A stretch of 64,000 bases of DNA from NCBI RefSeq assembly GCF_020745735.1, contig NC_083445.1:2046001-2110000 (forward strand). Reading direction: 5' to 3'. The stretch is from Hemiscyllium ocellatum. Lineage: Eukaryota. Of this stretch, positions 59,150-64,000 are shown in pieces. Both the position numbers and the translations under genes were made by a program. Each line of letters opens with the position of its first letter. The stretch's first letter is position 1. Below the pieces are notes generated by a model. That model saw only the letters and a program-made list of their open reading frames with translations. It did no database searches and was not told where the DNA came from.

Positions 59150-62100
59150 GTAAGTAGCATTACCTTCCCCACAAAACATCAGTGGGATTTTTTTTCCAAA
59201 TGGAAACAATGAAATCCTCATCCCAACTTTCCTCTTAGCCCGAACCAATTTGAACTGGTCTCCTCACACAGGGACTGCCCTGCAGCAGCTCCTTTCTCAC
59301 TGAGACCAAAGGGATACAGATCCTGGGGTCAGGACATGTGAGGACACTGTCCATTATTACCCCGGTGCATTGTGCCACAGAGTGCAATCATGGGAGTGTG
59401 TGTTTCCCCTTCAAATAATTTTCCAACTCTCCTGTGAAAGACACTAGTGCATCTGCTTCCACTACTCATTCCAGAAAACAATCAACTGCTTTCTTTAAAA
59501 AAGCAGTCACATCTCATTTGTTCCTTTTCTAATCACCTTAAATCTGTGTCTCATGATTATCAAACCTTTTGCACTAAAAACTCCTCTTTATTTGGTTCAT
59601 TATCTTGAACATGACTATCAGAACATTCTCTTGACCCTCACTGCCTGATTGGCAGAATCCGAACATTTCCATTCTTTCCACATAAGGGAAGCCGCTCATC
59701 CCTTGTCCCATTTTAATGACTCTCTTCTGCATCAATCACCAAGCTATCACTTCCTTCCTAAACTGTAACCATGGAGGTAGGTGCTCTTGACTCCATCTCA
59801 CAACATGTGACCCATCATCATTGCTGGTTCCTAGCAGATGATGACGATTCTCTTCACCTCCCAGGGAGGTGGTGACCTGGGGAAGGGATGGGTGGGGTAT
59901 TAGTGTGGCAGCGCACTGCTTTTGATGTTGTGGCCTGGCTTCCATTTTCTCCCAATACAAGGCTGGAGATGCTCAATACCTTTCTGGATGCTCTTCCTCT
60001 ACTTTAGATGGTCTTTGACCATTGACTTCCATTTTGTCCTGGAGCAGGTGAAGGATGGTGACAAATTGGTACAACCAAAGCAGAAAAGGACCCTGCAAAC
60101 GCTTCCCAGTTGACAGTGTCAAAGGCCTTTGTAAGGTCGAAGGCAGCCATGTCCAGGGGAGGTTCTTGTCTCTGTATTTCTCCTGCAACTGTCGCACGGT
60201 GTAAACCATGTCCATTGTGCCCCTCCGTGGCTGAAAACCACACTGTGACTCCGGGAGGAGTTCCTCAGCCATAGGGAGGAAATACTTGTGGAGGACCTTG
60301 GCATTAACAGCAGGGAGATTCCTCTGTAGTTACCACATTGGACTTGTTCCCTTTTTTGGAAATGCTCAGAACTGTGGCATCTCGGAGCAGTTCTGAGATG
60401 TTCTCCTCATTCCAAATAAGGCAGACAAGGCTGTGTAACTGCAAGTAGGTCTTTGCCTCCGCACTTCAATACCTCAGTGGGTGTACCGTCTCCTCTAGCT
60501 GTCTGGTTGTTCTCAAGATTGAGGACAGTCTTCTCTATTTCATGCAAGGCTGGGGTATTGCTGAGCCAATGGTGTGTAGAATGCTATAGGATGCATTCAA
60601 GAATGCTCAGATCAATGACAGAGCCCTGCTTTAGGTTTATGAAGTGCTTCTCCCAACACTTCTTGACAGTTTCTTTATCTTTGATCAGAGTCACTCTGTC
60701 CTTGGCCAGCAGTGGAGTGGGGCCTTGGCTGTTTGGTTGTATGTCATCTTGATACCAGAGAAGAAACCCATCACACCATGGCTGTCGGCCATTTGTTGGA
60801 TCTCCAGTGTTCCTCCACCCACCACCCGTTTTTTTATGTTGTGGGTTTGGATTTGTTCCTCAGCCTTCAGCGCCGGCAAACCTGCCTTTCCATTTTTGAG
60901 GATACAGTTTTTGTTTTACACTCAAAAATGCCATGTGCTTCCAGCTTGATAGCTCCTTAATCTCCACATCATTCTCATCAAACCAGTCCTGGTGTTTCCT
61001 GGTGGATTGGCTGGCTGGCATTTTGCAGGCAGTGATAATGGCAGTCTTAAGGGTGGACCAGAGACTGTTGGGATACCCTGACATGGTATTGCTGAGACTT
61101 GCTAGGTTTGTGGAGACGAGCTGATTGTCTGAGGCTATTTTCTCCTGGTCTTTAAGTGCCTCAATGTTGAACTGTTTTTGGCATTGCTTTTGTTGTCTCC
61201 TCTGCTGTGGGTCTGAAGGTATGTTGATCCTGGCTCAGATCAGGTGACAGTCTGTCCAGCAGTCGCTGGCTGTGGTCATGGCATGTGTAATTCTAACATC
61301 TTTTCGATCTCTCATCTGACAATGACATAGTCAAGGAGGCGTCTGTGTTTCCAGCGGGGGTGTTGCCACATTGTCCTGCATTTGTCCCTTTGGTGGAACA
61401 GTGTGTTGATGATGAGGAGGTTGTGTTCACAGCATTTGATCAGAAGGGTGCCATTGGAGTTTTGCATCCCTGTTCCCCATTTCCTGATCACATTGTCCCA
61501 GAGCTCTGCACTTTTGCTGACTCTGGCACTGAGGTTGCCAAGGATGATAAATTTGACCACTGCAGGGACCCGTGAGAGAGATTGGTCAAGGTTGGAGTAG
61601 AATTTCTCCTTGTTCTCATCTGCTGCATTGAGATTTGGTGTATATGCACTGCCTATCCTGACACACTAATTCCCATCAAGGGGGAGTCAAAGTGTCATGA
61701 GACATTAATTTATTCCGAAGGAGGAGCCTTTCAGTTCATGCACCAGTTCATTTTTGATGGTGAAGCCGACTCCAGGATGGCAACTTTTCTTCAGCCTTGC
61801 CTTTCCAGAAGAAGGTGTAGTCACTACCTTTGTCCCTGAGCTGTCCTTCCCCTGCCTACCAGGTTTCACTCAGGGTGGTGATGTCAGGATCATAGCACCT
61901 GTGTTCCTGAGCAATGATGGTGACGTGGTGTTCCAGTCGATCACTGTCCATAAGGGTCCTGAACTTCATGATTAGATTAGATTAGATTCCCTATTGTTGG
62001 GAATCAGGCTCTTCAGACCAACAATCCACACCGACCCTCTGAACAGTAACCCACACAGACCCATTCCCCAACTCCCTACTGATGCACCTATCACTATGGG

Positions 62101-64000
62101 CAATTTAGCATGGCCAATTCACCTGACCTGCACATCTTTGGACTGTTGGAGAAAACCGGAGCACCCAGAGGAAACCTATGCAGAGATGGGGAGAATGTGC
62201 AAACTCCACACAGGCAATTACCTGAGACGGGAATCGAACCCGGGTCCCTGGTGCTGAGGCAGCAATGATAACCATGGAGCCACAGTACATTCCTGAGGTG
62301 TGGAATGTGCCTGTGGAAGAACTCTTTTCATGTGGGGAAACTGTTGCACTCTGGTTACTACATTGGCTTAGCAGCACAAGCTGTTGGCTCTGAGGCGAGG
62401 GGGGTCCAAGACCACTGTACTTTTATTGAAATGTATGTAATTTCAAAGAAGGTCTGGGTTTTACATATCAAAAAACAGAAACCAGCATATCCCATTCTAA
62501 AAGATGAAATATTTAATCTAAAACTGTTTAATGTATCACATCTCTGTAACACTGGACTCCCTTGGCTATAAATTCTGTGATCATGATCTTATGCTCCACA
62601 ACCACCTGATAAAGGAACTACGCTCCAATAGCTAGTGCTTCCAAATAAACCCGTTGGACTATAGCCTGGTGTTGCGTGATTTTTAACCTTGTCCACCCCA
62701 GTCCAACACTGGCGTCTCCAAGTCATGTATCTCATTTAGTACAGTGATAGAGCCCACAGCACGATGAAGGGTATCCCCAATGTGAAAACAGCATTTTGTC
62801 TCCACAAGGACGGCGTGGTGATCACTCCTACTATCTTGGATACACTGATCTGCAGCTGGCAAATTGGTGGGGATGAGGTCAAGTTTGCTTGTCCCTCTCA
62901 TTGGTTTTCTCTTGACCTGCCACAGACCCAATCTAGCAGCAATGTCCTTCAGGACTTGAACAGCTCAGTCAGTGGTGATGCTGCTGAGTCACTCTAGACA
63001 ATGGATATTGAAGTGTCCCACCCAGAGTATATTCTGCACCCACAGTATATTCTGCACCCAGCTACCCTCAGTGCTTCCTCTAAATGATGTTCAAGATGGA
63101 GGAGTACAAATTCAGAACAGGAGGGGATTATGGTCATCAGCAGGAGGTTTCCTTGTCCATGTTTAACCAAATGTCGTGTCACTTTCTGGGGTCCAGAGTC
63201 AATGTTGGAGCCTCCCAGGACAACTTGTTGCTAACTGTATACCAATATGCCACTGCCTCTGTCACCCATCTGCCTACTTCAGCCTTGTAAATGACCTTGA
63301 CTTTGTCCTCCTCACAGTCTACAATGTTTGAATTGAATTGAATTTATTGTCACATGTACCAAGGCACAGTGAAAAGCTTTGTCTTGCGAGCAATACAGGC
63401 AGATCACATCGTTAAGTAGCACAGATAAGTAAATAATAGGTAAATAGCAGCAAAAAGAAAAACACAGGTACTGGTGAATGTTAAGAGGTTGGGAGTCCCC
63501 AGTATTCTAACACCAATAGGGGAGAACCTGTTTCAAAACTGGCTGGTGCATGTGTTCAGGCTTCTGTACCTTCTCTCCAATGGTAGAGGTTGTAGATAAA
63601 CATTGCCAGGGTGGGAAGGATCTTTGAGAATGCTGCCGGCGTTTCCTTGACCTTGGGCCTGGTAGATGGAATCTAAAGTTGGGAGGTTGGCCTCAGTAAT
63701 TGTCCAGGCTGAGTTCACCACTCTCTATAACTGTCTCTGATCTTGAATGGTACAGTTGTCATACCAGGTAGTGATACATCCAGACAGAATGCTCTCTGCA
63801 CCTATAAACGTTGGCAAGGGTATTCACCGTCATGCTAAATTTCTTCACCTGCCTGAGGAAGAAGAGATGTTGTGGGGCCTTTGTAACCAGTGTGTCCACA
63901 TGAAGAGTCCAAGAAAACTTGTTGTGGATGACCACTCCCAGGAGCTTGACACTCTACTCATTCCACCTCTGTGCTGTTAATGTGTGTTGGGGGGTGGGGG

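Larger units (their letters stand above)
56971..64000 (+). other. Segmental duplication, copy 2 (includes RTE 59630-61969, HE1 SINE 61970-62287, PLE-B 62535-62726, Rex/Babar 63328-end)
   Basis: Colinear with 1243-9460 apart from a 1339-bp deletion, a 125-bp PLE insertion and small indels. Confidence 0.95.

Overview
Eukaryotic, repeat-rich genomic DNA, most likely from a shark or other cartilaginous fish (inferred from HE1-type and Deu-domain SINEs and dense CR1 LINEs; the species cannot be read from the sequence). The + strand carries two tandem paralogues of an ICAM-like Ig-superfamily adhesion gene. Gene A shows only its 3' half: four Ig exons plus a TM/cytoplasmic exon, 3269-21509. Gene B shows only its 5' half: a signal-peptide exon plus four Ig exons, 44248-59149, and it runs off the window. 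All introns are phase 1. The two shared Ig exons and their flanks (1243-9460 vs 56971-64000) are near-identical, which suggests a recent duplication or gene conversion, or a false assembly duplication. The rest is mostly decayed CR1, RTE and Rex/Babar LINEs, SINEs, two Gypsy LTR elements, Harbinger remnants, a TA-flanked MITE and a 3.5-kb array of a 39-40 bp minisatellite. The most striking pattern is a set of Penelope-like element (PLE) termini from three families carrying minimal hammerhead-ribozyme motifs. Many occur as 125-200 bp fold-back or truncated mini-elements that turn or end at the hammerhead, several with 9-17 bp target-site duplications (TSDs), and one is absent from the paralogous site. 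Exon and TSD coordinates were counted by hand; boundaries of old repeats are approximate (tens of bp), and repeat family names come from recalled similarity, not a database search.
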